Source: a bacterium BMS3Abin08
GTDB taxonomy: Bacteria > Nitrospirota > Thermodesulfovibrionia > Thermodesulfovibrionales > JdFR-85
Length of the DNA: 64,000 nt
Reading direction: 5' to 3'
Assembly (NCBI GenBank): GCA_002897935.1
Contig: BDTA01000015.1
Span: 17,735 to 81,734 of the forward strand
The position numbers and the translations under genes were made by a program. Positions within the stretch are counted from its first letter, which is position 1. Every line of letters begins with the position of its first letter. The notes below the pieces were generated by a model that had not been told where the DNA came from, did no database searches, and was given only the letters and a program-made list of their open reading frames with translations. Shown piece by piece: positions 54,929 to 63,081 of the stretch.

Positions 54929-55897
54929 ATGTTCAGATTAGAAACCAAACAGAGGGTATTCGATTTCAACGGAATCAGTATAGGGGGACAAGTCGGCGAA
55001 AACCCTCCCCTTCTGATTGCTTCAATGTTTCACAACAAGGACAGGATACTTCAAGACAGGAAGTCAGCAAAGTTCAACCGTGAGAGGGCCGTGGAGCTGA
55101 TCCGTAAACAGGAAGAACTAAGCAAATCTACAGGAATCCCGGCAATGGTTGCAATGGTCGCGAACACACCTGAGGAGGCTCAGGCTTACATAGACTTCTA
55201 CCTGGAAACTACGGATATGCCCTTTGGTATCGATATGTGGGTGGCTGAGAAGAGAGCAAAGGCAACAGAGTATGTCGCTAAACTCGGGGTCCAGGATAAA
55301 TTCCTTTACAACAGCATAACCCCTTGGGACAAGGACATCAAGGGCCAGGTCGGGAGGCTGAGGGATCTCGGGATAAGGCATGTTGTTGTTCAGGCCTTTG
55401 ATGATCAGGATCAGACGCCGGCGGGACGGCTCAAGTCTCTTGAGGCAATCCTGGCCCAGGGGGCGGATGCCTTTGACACTATCATCGTTGATACCTCCGT
55501 AATGAACCTGCCCTCCACGTCCTTCTCAATTCTGGCAAACAGGTTGATTAAGGAAAAGCTTGGACTGCCCTGTGGAGGAGCCTATTCCAACGGCACACAT
55601 ATGTGGAAGGAATCAAAAGAGATGTGGGGGCTCGATGGCTTCAAGGCAATGGATGCCGTTGCCCAGGGGATGTCTACCGCTATATGGAGTGACTTCAATT
55701 TCTACGGACCTATTGTCACTGCACAGAGGATCTTTCCTGCCGTAGCAACCGCTCATATACTGATGTCCACATTCATGTACGACGAAACAGGGAAAATTCC
55801 GGATAACGACAATCTCCCCATCAGAAAATTCTTTCCCGATTTTATCGTCAAACTCCTCGAAGGAGGGGCAAGGAAAAAAGGAACGTCCAAAAAATAA
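54929..55897 (+). CDS. MtrH-like (pterin-binding) methyltransferase
   Basis: FDFNGISIGGQVGENPPLLIASMFH is an N-terminus typical of the tetrahydromethanopterin S-methyltransferase subunit H family. About 322 aa. Confidence 0.8.
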   Translation: MFRLETKQRVFDFNGISIGGQVGENPPLLIASMFHNKDRILQDRKSAKFNRERAVELIRKQEELSKSTGIPAMVAMVANTPEEAQAYIDFYLETTDMPFGIDMWVAEKRAKATEYVAKLGVQDKFLYNSITPWDKDIKGQVGRLRDLGIRHVVVQAFDDQDQTPAGRLKSLEAILAQGADAFDTIIVDTSVMNLPSTSFSILANRLIKEKLGLPCGGAYSNGTHMWKESKEMWGLDGFKAMDAVAQGMSTAIWSDFNFYGPIVTAQRIFPAVATAHILMSTFMYDETGKIPDNDNLPIRKFFPDFIVKLLEGGARKKGTSKK

Positions 55898-55933
55898 ATC
55901 CAAATATAAAACAATCTGAAAGGAGAACAGCAA

Positions 55934-56968
55934 ATGGCAGTCACAACAATGAATTCCAGGGAACGGATCCTTAAACTCTTCAATGGTGAGAAGGTTGACA
56001 GGGTCCCTTGCTTCAGCGGTATGGGAAATGTAACCGCTGAGGGGCTGAAAACCCTCGGGTACAACTTCGCCGCCTCCCACCTTGACGCCAAGATGATGGC
56101 TGAGGCGGCTGCAACCACCTACAAGCTCTACGGGTTCGAATGTGGTGTTGTACCTTTTGATCTCTGTATCGAAGCCGAGGCCCTTGGGTGTGAGATAAAT
56201 GTATATGCACATTCCGAGGACATACTCTACCCTACAATAAAGGAAAAGGTAATCCATAACGAAGAGGAGATGGAGATCACTATTCCCCCCGACCTCGTCA
56301 CACGCGGAAGGGTTCCCCTGATGAAGGAGACCATCAAATTACTGAAAAACGAGATCGGCAATGACGTGCCTGTCGGCAGCTACGTGCTCGGGCCATTCAC
56401 CCTTGCAGGACAGATCATGGAACTCAACGACCTGCTAAAACTCTCCTTCAAGAAACCCGACAAGGTCGGAAAACTGCTCGATGTCCTGGCCGATGCCATT
56501 GTCCTTATTGCAAAGGAATTCGAAAGTGCCGGGAGTGATTATGTTACGGTGAGGGAGATGGGGGCAACGTCCGATGTGTTAAGCCCCCGGGGGTTCAAGA
56601 ACCTCATCCTTCCCTATCTCAAAAAGATCTTCTCTGAAGTTAAAGGCAATACGGTCCTTCACATCTGCGGGAAGACAAACGACATCGTACCTTTCATGGT
56701 TGAATCCGGTGCAAAGGCAATCAGTGTGGACCAGAAAAACGACCTTGTGGAAACCCGCAAAAAAATCGGGAGCAACGCACTCGTATTCGGCAATTACGAC
56801 CCTTACAATGTCCTTGTAACCGGAGATGAGGAGATTATCCGGACGACAATGAGAAAATGTATAGACGATGGCGCCAGTGCTGTCTGGCCGGGCTGTGATA
56901 TATGGCCGACGGTTCCACCGGAAAACATGAAAATAATGATGGACGAAATAATCAATTACGGAGGTTAA
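55934..56968 (+). CDS. UroD-family methyltransferase (second MtaA/CmuA-like paralog)
   Basis: MNSRERILKLFNGEKVDRVPCF, HICGKT and WPGCDIWP. A paralog of 52993-54021. Confidence 0.8.
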   Translation: MAVTTMNSRERILKLFNGEKVDRVPCFSGMGNVTAEGLKTLGYNFAASHLDAKMMAEAAATTYKLYGFECGVVPFDLCIEAEALGCEINVYAHSEDILYPTIKEKVIHNEEEMEITIPPDLVTRGRVPLMKETIKLLKNEIGNDVPVGSYVLGPFTLAGQIMELNDLLKLSFKKPDKVGKLLDVLADAIVLIAKEFESAGSDYVTVREMGATSDVLSPRGFKNLILPYLKKIFSEVKGNTVLHICGKTNDIVPFMVESGAKAISVDQKNDLVETRKKIGSNALVFGNYDPYNVLVTGDEEIIRTTMRKCIDDGASAVWPGCDIWPTVPPENMKIMMDEIINYGG

Positions 56969-56971
56969 GCC

Positions 56972-57667
56972 ATGGTATCAGAAGAAAAAAAACAGGAACT
57001 ACTCGAAAAACTCAAAAACGGAGTTGTCCAGTACGATGAGGACGGCGTCAAGGAGGCTGCACAGGAGGTGCTCGATGTCGGGATGGATGTAAATGAGGCC
57101 ATCTTTGACGGTCTCGTCTCCGGAATGGAAGAGGTTGGCAGGCTCTTTGAGGCACAGGAATATTTTGTCCCCGAGCTGCTGATGTGCGCCGATGCACTTT
57201 ACGCCGGACTTGATATTCTCAAACCACACGTTGGGAAGATGGATCTCGGAATGAAGGGATCGGTTGTAATAGGGACGGTCGAGGGTGATGTCCACGATAT
57301 CGGGAAAAACATCGTTAAGATGATGTTTGACGTTGCAGGTTTTGAGGTTTATGACCTGGGCAGGGACGTCCCTCTCGATAAGTTTGTAGAGGAACAGTTA
57401 AAGACGGATTCCGATCTCGTGTGTCTCTCGGCCATGATGACCACTACCATGGTCGGCATGCAGAAGATAATCGACACCCTGAGAGAGAAGAACCCCAATG
57501 TAAAAATCATGATTGGTGGAGCCCCTGTTTCCAGGGAAATTGCCGACAAGTGGGGGGCTGACGGGTATGCAGCTGATGCAAGCAATGCCCTCCAGGAAGC
57601 CATCAGCATGGTCGCATCTCTGAAGAAAATGAGGATAGAGGCAGAGGCAAACAAAGTTGAATCCTGA
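56972..57667 (+). CDS. corrinoid (cobalamin-binding) protein, MtaC/MtbC-like
   Basis: B12-binding-2 helical cap, then GTVEGDVHDIGKNIV (DxHxxG) and SAMMTTT...GGAP Rossmann motifs. Confidence 0.9.
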   Translation: MVSEEKKQELLEKLKNGVVQYDEDGVKEAAQEVLDVGMDVNEAIFDGLVSGMEEVGRLFEAQEYFVPELLMCADALYAGLDILKPHVGKMDLGMKGSVVIGTVEGDVHDIGKNIVKMMFDVAGFEVYDLGRDVPLDKFVEEQLKTDSDLVCLSAMMTTTMVGMQKIIDTLREKNPNVKIMIGGAPVSREIADKWGADGYAADASNALQEAISMVASLKKMRIEAEANKVES

Positions 57668-58340
57668 TTCATTAAAGGACCTGCTGTTGAGTTCCGGCGC
57701 CACCCTGACGGGTATAGGTGACGTGACCGAGGCCCTTTCCGGCGATATCCGGCACCTCACGAGAGGCATTGCGATAGCGGTCAGAAAGGACCTGAATCGG
57801 GACACCGTGGAGTTTCTACTCGGCCTCCAGGGATTAATTGAAGCCTGGTTGAGGAAGAGGAACTACAGGTTTCTTTCCATTCCGCCCGACTCCGACAGGA
57901 GAAATGGAAAGTTTATCTCAAGGTTATATGAGTTTTTCAGTCATAAGACAGCCGCTACATGTGCCGGTCTTGGATGGATCGGGAAAAACGGGCTGATAAT
58001 CAACAGCAGGTACGGACCGAAGCTCTCCTGGGCCACGGTGCTTACAGACACACCATTTATGACCGACAGGCCGATTACAAGGTCTCTCTGCGGCAATTGC
58101 AACCTCTGTGTCAGACACTGTCCTTCCAGTGCCCTGACCGGTACTTCATGGTCGATCGGGGAGCCCTTTAGTGAGATTGTTATTTACAGCAGGTGCAGTT
58201 CCCTGAAGAAAAAACGGACGGTCTTTAATAACAAGCCGAACTGTGGACTCTGTATTAACATATGTCCTTACGCAAGAAAGGTTTACAAGAACAACAAAAG
58301 GGAAAGAATATACCTGAAGGAATCACGATCCTGTCAGTAA
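57657..58340 (+). CDS. QueG/reductive-dehalogenase-superfamily-like 2x[4Fe-4S] protein (short form)
   Basis: SHKTAATCAGLGWIGKNGLIINSRYGPKLSWATVLTD resembles the QueG/RdhA core. CGNCNLCVRHCP and CGLCINICPY cluster motifs. TTG start overlapping the corrinoid protein stop. Confidence 0.55.
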   Translation: MNPDSLKDLLLSSGATLTGIGDVTEALSGDIRHLTRGIAIAVRKDLNRDTVEFLLGLQGLIEAWLRKRNYRFLSIPPDSDRRNGKFISRLYEFFSHKTAATCAGLGWIGKNGLIINSRYGPKLSWATVLTDTPFMTDRPITRSLCGNCNLCVRHCPSSALTGTSWSIGEPFSEIVIYSRCSSLKKKRTVFNNKPNCGLCINICPYARKVYKNNKRERIYLKESRSCQ

Positions 58341-58350
58341 AGAAATTGAT

Positions 58351-58424
58351 CTTGTTCATGGCGCATGCCGTGAACAAAGGGTCCCAGGCCACCCCTCCGC
58401 CCCCTCCATAAAGGCCTGGGACCC
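58351..58424 (+). other. two consecutive strong hairpins in the intergenic spacer
   Basis: CTTGTTCA-tggcgcatgccg-TGAACAAG, then GGGTCCCAGGCC-N22-GGCCTGGGACCC. No U-tract follows. Confidence 0.5.
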
Positions 58425-58454
58425 ACCCTAAACTCTTAAAAAAGGAGGTTTTTA

Positions 58455-60428
58455 ATGAATAAATTCAAAGTGATCTTTCAGCCCTCGGGCAGAAGAGGCG
58501 AGATTGAAGAAGGCAAGACCCTTCTTGAAGCAGCACAGGCCCTCGGGGTTGATATCGAGGCTGTCTGCGGTGCAAAAAAGATCTGTGGTAAGTGCAAGGT
58601 CAGGATAGAAGACGGGTACTTTGAAAAGGACAACATCGATTCGAGCATGGACCATCTCTCTCCCTTTACGGACGATGAGAGTGAACATCTGAAACCCGAG
58701 GACGGCACGGGGATGAGGCTTGCATGTGCTGCTGAAATTCATGGTGATGTAAAGGTATTCGTTCCGGAGCGGTCAAGGGCCGGGAAACAGATTGTAAGAA
58801 AGGCTGCCAAGGAACTCATTATTAAACTCGACCCCGCAGTGAAGAAATACAATGTCAATCTGCCTGCCCCGCAACTGCATGATATGACTGAAGGCGACAT
58901 GGAGAGGGTACTGAAGTTCATGAAAGATGAATATGGACTCCCAGGTCTCGTTTTTGACTATGAGCCGCTTAAAAACCTCCAGGACACCTTAAGGAAAGGT
59001 GAATGGAAGTCAACTGTTACCGTCTGGATGGACAAAGAGATCATCAAGATTGAACCCGGTTTTGTCGAGCCCTCCTATGGTCTTGCCGTAGATGTCGGAA
59101 CAACGACCGTGGTCGGATATCTCTGCGACCTGAACACGGGGAGGGTTGTAAGTACGGAATCCATGATGAACCCACAGGTCCCGTACGGTGAGGACGTCAT
59201 GTCAAGAATAACCTATGCTATGACAAACCCGGATGGCCTCGAAAAGATGCAGAATGCAATAATTGAAGGACTGAATGAGATAATAGACCGTACATCCTCA
59301 GATCTCAGGACGAACGGTAAAAACGGAGGCAATGTAATAGTTGACCTGACCATCGTCTTCAATACCGCTATGCATCACATCTTCCTCGGGTTCAACCCGG
59401 TATACATAGGCCGGTCACCCTTTATACCTGCTGTACAGCGTTCGCTTAATATAAAGGCCCGTGACCTCGGGCTCAGGATCAACCCCGCTTCCTACGTACA
59501 TGTCCTTCCTATAGAGGCAGGTTTTGTCGGGGCTGATAATGTGGGAGTCCTTATTGCCGAAGAACCCTACAATCAGGATGAAACGGTTCTTATAATCGAT
59601 ATCGGGACCAACGGCGAGCTTCTGCTCGGGAATCGAGAGAGGGTCTGCTCCACATCCTGTGCTACGGGACCGGCCTTTGAGGGTGCCCAGATAAAGTTCG
59701 GTATGCGTGCCGCACCCGGCGCTATCGAGAAGATAAAGATCGATCCTGAAACAAAGGAATGTTTATACAAGGTGATCGGCAAGGCCGACTGGCATACCCA
59801 GCTTCAGGAAGTGAACGCCAAGGGGATATGTGGATCCGGCATAATCGATGCGGTCGCCGAGATGTTCAAGGCCGGCATTATTGATAAATCGGGAAGATTC
59901 AACATTGACCTCGATACCATCAGGGTCAGACTCGGGTCGGACGGCAAACCTGAGTATGTCCTTGCCTGGGCCGAAGAGACATCCATCGGAAGCGATATCA
60001 CCATCACACAGGCAGACGTGAGGGCGCTTCAGCTTGCAAAGGGAGCCCTCTATGCAGGAGTAAAGCTTATGATGCAGAAAATGGGAATCAAGAGGCTTGA
60101 CAGGGTTATCCTTGCCGGTGCCTTTGGAAGTTTCATAGACAAGGAATCAGCCCTTGCCATCGGGATGTTCCCCGACTGTGATGCAGAGAAGGTCTATGCC
60201 GTGGGTAACGCTGCCGGAGACGGTGCAAGGATGGCGCTCCTCAACAGGGACAAACGCATTGAAGCGGACGAGAGGGCAAGATGGGTGGAATTTGTTGAGA
60301 TTGCGGTAGAACCCGCCTTTGAAAAGGAGTTCATGATGGCCATGCATTTCCCTCATATGAAGGACAAGTTTCCCAACCTCAAGACACTACTTGAGAAGAA
60401 GAATCTCCCGGTAACCATAAAGGGATGA
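58455..60428 (+). CDS. ATP-dependent reductive activase of corrinoid proteins (RACo/RamA-like; 2Fe-2S ferredoxin + ASKHA/DUF4445)
   Basis: N-terminal plant-type ferredoxin (CGAKKICGKCKV...LACA), then an ASKHA ATPase (LAVDVGTTTV, IDIGTNGE, GICGSGIID). Confidence 0.85.
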   Translation: MNKFKVIFQPSGRRGEIEEGKTLLEAAQALGVDIEAVCGAKKICGKCKVRIEDGYFEKDNIDSSMDHLSPFTDDESEHLKPEDGTGMRLACAAEIHGDVKVFVPERSRAGKQIVRKAAKELIIKLDPAVKKYNVNLPAPQLHDMTEGDMERVLKFMKDEYGLPGLVFDYEPLKNLQDTLRKGEWKSTVTVWMDKEIIKIEPGFVEPSYGLAVDVGTTTVVGYLCDLNTGRVVSTESMMNPQVPYGEDVMSRITYAMTNPDGLEKMQNAIIEGLNEIIDRTSSDLRTNGKNGGNVIVDLTIVFNTAMHHIFLGFNPVYIGRSPFIPAVQRSLNIKARDLGLRINPASYVHVLPIEAGFVGADNVGVLIAEEPYNQDETVLIIDIGTNGELLLGNRERVCSTSCATGPAFEGAQIKFGMRAAPGAIEKIKIDPETKECLYKVIGKADWHTQLQEVNAKGICGSGIIDAVAEMFKAGIIDKSGRFNIDLDTIRVRLGSDGKPEYVLAWAEETSIGSDITITQADVRALQLAKGALYAGVKLMMQKMGIKRLDRVILAGAFGSFIDKESALAIGMFPDCDAEKVYAVGNAAGDGARMALLNRDKRIEADERARWVEFVEIAVEPAFEKEFMMAMHFPHMKDKFPNLKTLLEKKNLPVTIKG

Positions 60429-60517
60429 GGAAGGGTGTCGGGTTGAGGTTTGTATAAACACGGACGATCAGGGCAGCCGTATAAAAACCGCTTACCTGAT
60501 TCATGAATGGATAAAGG

Positions 60518-60835
60518 ATGACAAAGGCAAATATTAATCCCGGCATATGCGGTCTTAAAACCAGCGTGGAGATTGAAAAAAAAGAGGGCAAGAGATATGC
60601 CCTCTCTGTCAAGTCCGATTGCGAGATGGTGGAAAAACTCGCAAAGGAGATAGGTGAACTCGACTTCACGGATGCCTTTAAGCGCATAACCGAAAATCCG
60701 GTTTACCGGAAAGGCTCAACATGTCTCAAACATGTCTCCTGTCCCGTGCCCTGTGCAATACTGAAGGCATTCGAGGTTGAGGCGGAGCTTGCACTCCCCA
60801 GGAACGTAACGATAGAACTCATAAGGCAGGAATAG
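60518..60835 (+). CDS. small cysteine-containing hypothetical protein
   Basis: 105 aa. Cys at PGICG, SDCEM, STCLKHVSCPVPC. No family recognised. Confidence 0.45.
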   Translation: MTKANINPGICGLKTSVEIEKKEGKRYALSVKSDCEMVEKLAKEIGELDFTDAFKRITENPVYRKGSTCLKHVSCPVPCAILKAFEVEAELALPRNVTIELIRQE

Positions 60836-60845
60836 ACCGTTAATT

Positions 60846-61100
60846 AGAGTCTGTGTATAAATTACGGTTGTTAGTCATTCCCGCAATCCCGAATGCATTC
60901 GGGAGTCGGGAATCCTTTTTAAAGAACGATTCCGGACAAGCCGGAATGACAGAAAAACGACATCTACATGTATTTGTCATTCCCGCAAGTGAAGCGCGTC
61001 GGGAATCCAGTCTTTTCAATAAGTTCTGGATACCCGACTACAGACTTCGGGCATGACAAAAATAAAAAACGATAACTGTTCGACTTTATACACGGACTCT
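60846..61100. repeat. composite MITE-like element (two fused units)
   Basis: AGAGTCTGTGTATAAA ... TTTATACACGGACTCT, 255 bp, enclosing four hairpin modules. It generates the spurious ORFs 60853-61056 and 60964-61155. Confidence 0.75.
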
Positions 61101-61116
61101 GATTATGGATTAGCCG

Positions 61117-61132
61117 TTTCATCATGATGAAA
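61117..61132. promoter_or_regulatory. perfect 16-bp palindrome TTTCATCATGATGAAA, operator candidate
   Basis: Read directly from the sequence, about 50 nt upstream of the cytochrome b-like gene. Confidence 0.35.
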
Positions 61133-61183
61133 CAGGCCTGAAAAAAAAGAGGCACCTATAAGAGACATATAAAAGGTATGTAA

Positions 61184-61873
61184 ATGGGTATAATCCTTTC
61201 TTTCATTACATACGTACTCGTTATAATTGCATGCCTTAAGGGCATTTCCAACATCATGATTCTCTGTGGCAGACGTGATCTGAAAAATGATCTTTCTATT
61301 ACAAAAAAAAAGCTTACCGGCGGAGTCTTCCTGCAGGGTTTATTCGACATTCTATTCATGGGCAGGCTCTTCCGTGTAAACAAGTTGCTATGGATAGGGG
61401 AATGGACGTTTCATGTATCATTCATACTCACTTTAACCGGCCATCTAAGATACATACTCTATCCCGTACCTAAGTGGGCTGTTGTTATGAACTGCATTGG
61501 GAAATATGCGGGTATTCTACTCCCCCTGTCCCTGTTGTTCGTCCTGTTTGTACGGTTGTCGCTTTCTGAAAGAAGCGACTATGTATCGCCGAGAAATTTC
61601 TTTCTCATCCTGCTTATACTCATCCTGGGCACAACGGGTGTAATCATGAGATTCTTTATAAGACCCGACATAGTCGGCATCAAGAACTATATTATGGATT
61701 TATTAACATTCAATCCGGGGGACCTGCCTTCAGGGTCTCTTTTTGTGATTCACTACAGCCTCTTTCTGGTGTTGCTCCTTTATCTCCCGACGCATATACT
61801 GACCGCACCCTTCATTATTTTTGAGTCAAGGAAGCGGACATCAACAACGAAAATTATTGAATATGATGAATAG
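61184..61873 (+). CDS. NarI/DsrM/HdrE-like dihaem cytochrome b membrane subunit
   Basis: Five predicted TM helices with His pairs in the positions expected for NarI-type haem ligands (FHVSF..GHLRY and VIHYSL..PTHIL). Confidence 0.7.
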   Translation: MGIILSFITYVLVIIACLKGISNIMILCGRRDLKNDLSITKKKLTGGVFLQGLFDILFMGRLFRVNKLLWIGEWTFHVSFILTLTGHLRYILYPVPKWAVVMNCIGKYAGILLPLSLLFVLFVRLSLSERSDYVSPRNFFLILLILILGTTGVIMRFFIRPDIVGIKNYIMDLLTFNPGDLPSGSLFVIHYSLFLVLLLYLPTHILTAPFIIFESRKRTSTTKIIEYDE

Positions 61874-63065
61874 GAAACCATTTACAGAATCACTTTCAGG
61901 CAAACAGCTTTTCGAGGTGAAGGCTTGTACCGAGTGCAGGGAATGCCTTGCTTACTGCCCTGTGCAGGAAGTCACTAACAACCCTGCCATTTCCCCGCCG
62001 GAGAAGCTCCGCATCTTCAAGAAACTTATTGATGAAACAGAGGGGCTGAAATCCAGGTTCTTCGGCAGAAAAGACATAGACCGAAAGGTCCTTGAAGGCC
62101 TCACAAGGGCGGTTTTTGAATGTACGACATGCGGTGTCTGCGGCGAGGTCTGTCCCGTCGGGATAAACACCCAGAGGTTATGGCCGATACTCAGGAAGGA
62201 GATGGTCAAACATGGTACAGGTCCTATCGGGCAGCAAGCCGAAATTCCCGGTGCAATCATGAATACCGGCAACCCTTACAACAAGCCGCGGGAGGAAAGA
62301 TACTCACCGTGGTTGCCGGATAGTATCGAGATAGTCGAGAATGCTGAAATAGCATATTACGCCGGCTGCACAGGCGCCTACCAGGCCCGGCCGATGGTGA
62401 AAGGCGACGTGCTGGTTCTGGATGCCGTCGGCACGCCCTTCACAATGCTTGATGCCGAAGAAGAGGTCTGTTGCGGTTTTCCTCTGTTTATAACGGGACA
62501 GCATGAACAACTTGAATCACTCGTAAAAAGGCTTATTCCTGCTTATAAAAAAAAGGGTGTTAAAACCCTCATCTGCTCATGCCCATGCTGTGTAAACATG
62601 ATGGCCCGGGAATGGCCGTCATATTACGGCGATACCCTCCCCTTCAGAATAACCCATATCACCCAGTATGTCTCCCACGCCCTTAGGGAGGGGACCCTTA
62701 AGATAAAAAGAGCGCTGAATGAGAGGTTAATCTATCATGACCCCTGCTACTTAAGCAGGGGTGTAGGGGTGATTGAAGAACCAAGGGAGGTCTTGAGGCA
62801 TATACCGGGCGTGGAGCTTCTTGAGTTTGACCACAACAGGCGTCTCTCCCGGTGTTGCGGTGCAGGTGGTGCCGCAAAAAACATCTTTCACGAAAACGCT
62901 GTGGCCATAGCACGTCTAAGCATTGATGAGGCGGTCGAAAAGGGAGCGGATAAACTGGTGCTCGGTTGCCCCGCCTGTTACGAGAAGGTAAATGAGGCAA
63001 TGCAGGACCATGTAAGAAAGGTTCAGATCGTGGATATTATGGAACTGCTTTCAACGGTGATTTAA
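61863..63065 (+). CDS. HdrD/DsrK-like iron-sulfur protein (2x[4Fe-4S] + two CCG domains)
   Basis: CTECRECLAYCP and CTTCGVCGEVCP. CCG motifs EVCCGFP...CPCC and SRCCGAGG...GCPAC. The start overlaps the upstream stop. Confidence 0.85.
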   Translation: MMNRKPFTESLSGKQLFEVKACTECRECLAYCPVQEVTNNPAISPPEKLRIFKKLIDETEGLKSRFFGRKDIDRKVLEGLTRAVFECTTCGVCGEVCPVGINTQRLWPILRKEMVKHGTGPIGQQAEIPGAIMNTGNPYNKPREERYSPWLPDSIEIVENAEIAYYAGCTGAYQARPMVKGDVLVLDAVGTPFTMLDAEEEVCCGFPLFITGQHEQLESLVKRLIPAYKKKGVKTLICSCPCCVNMMAREWPSYYGDTLPFRITHITQYVSHALREGTLKIKRALNERLIYHDPCYLSRGVGVIEEPREVLRHIPGVELLEFDHNRRLSRCCGAGGAAKNIFHENAVAIARLSIDEAVEKGADKLVLGCPACYEKVNEAMQDHVRKVQIVDIMELLSTVI

Positions 63066-63081
63066 TAGAGCTGGAGGATAT

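Noticed and set aside
56972-57667. Whether the corrinoid protein could be HgcA-like (mercury methylation), with the following Fe-S protein as HgcB.
   Set aside because: The corrinoid protein has the DxHxxG His-on motif of MtaC-type carriers. It lacks both the transmembrane domain and the cap-helix Cys motif of HgcA. The Fe-S protein is QueG/RdhA-like rather than a small HgcB ferredoxin with a C-terminal Cys pair.
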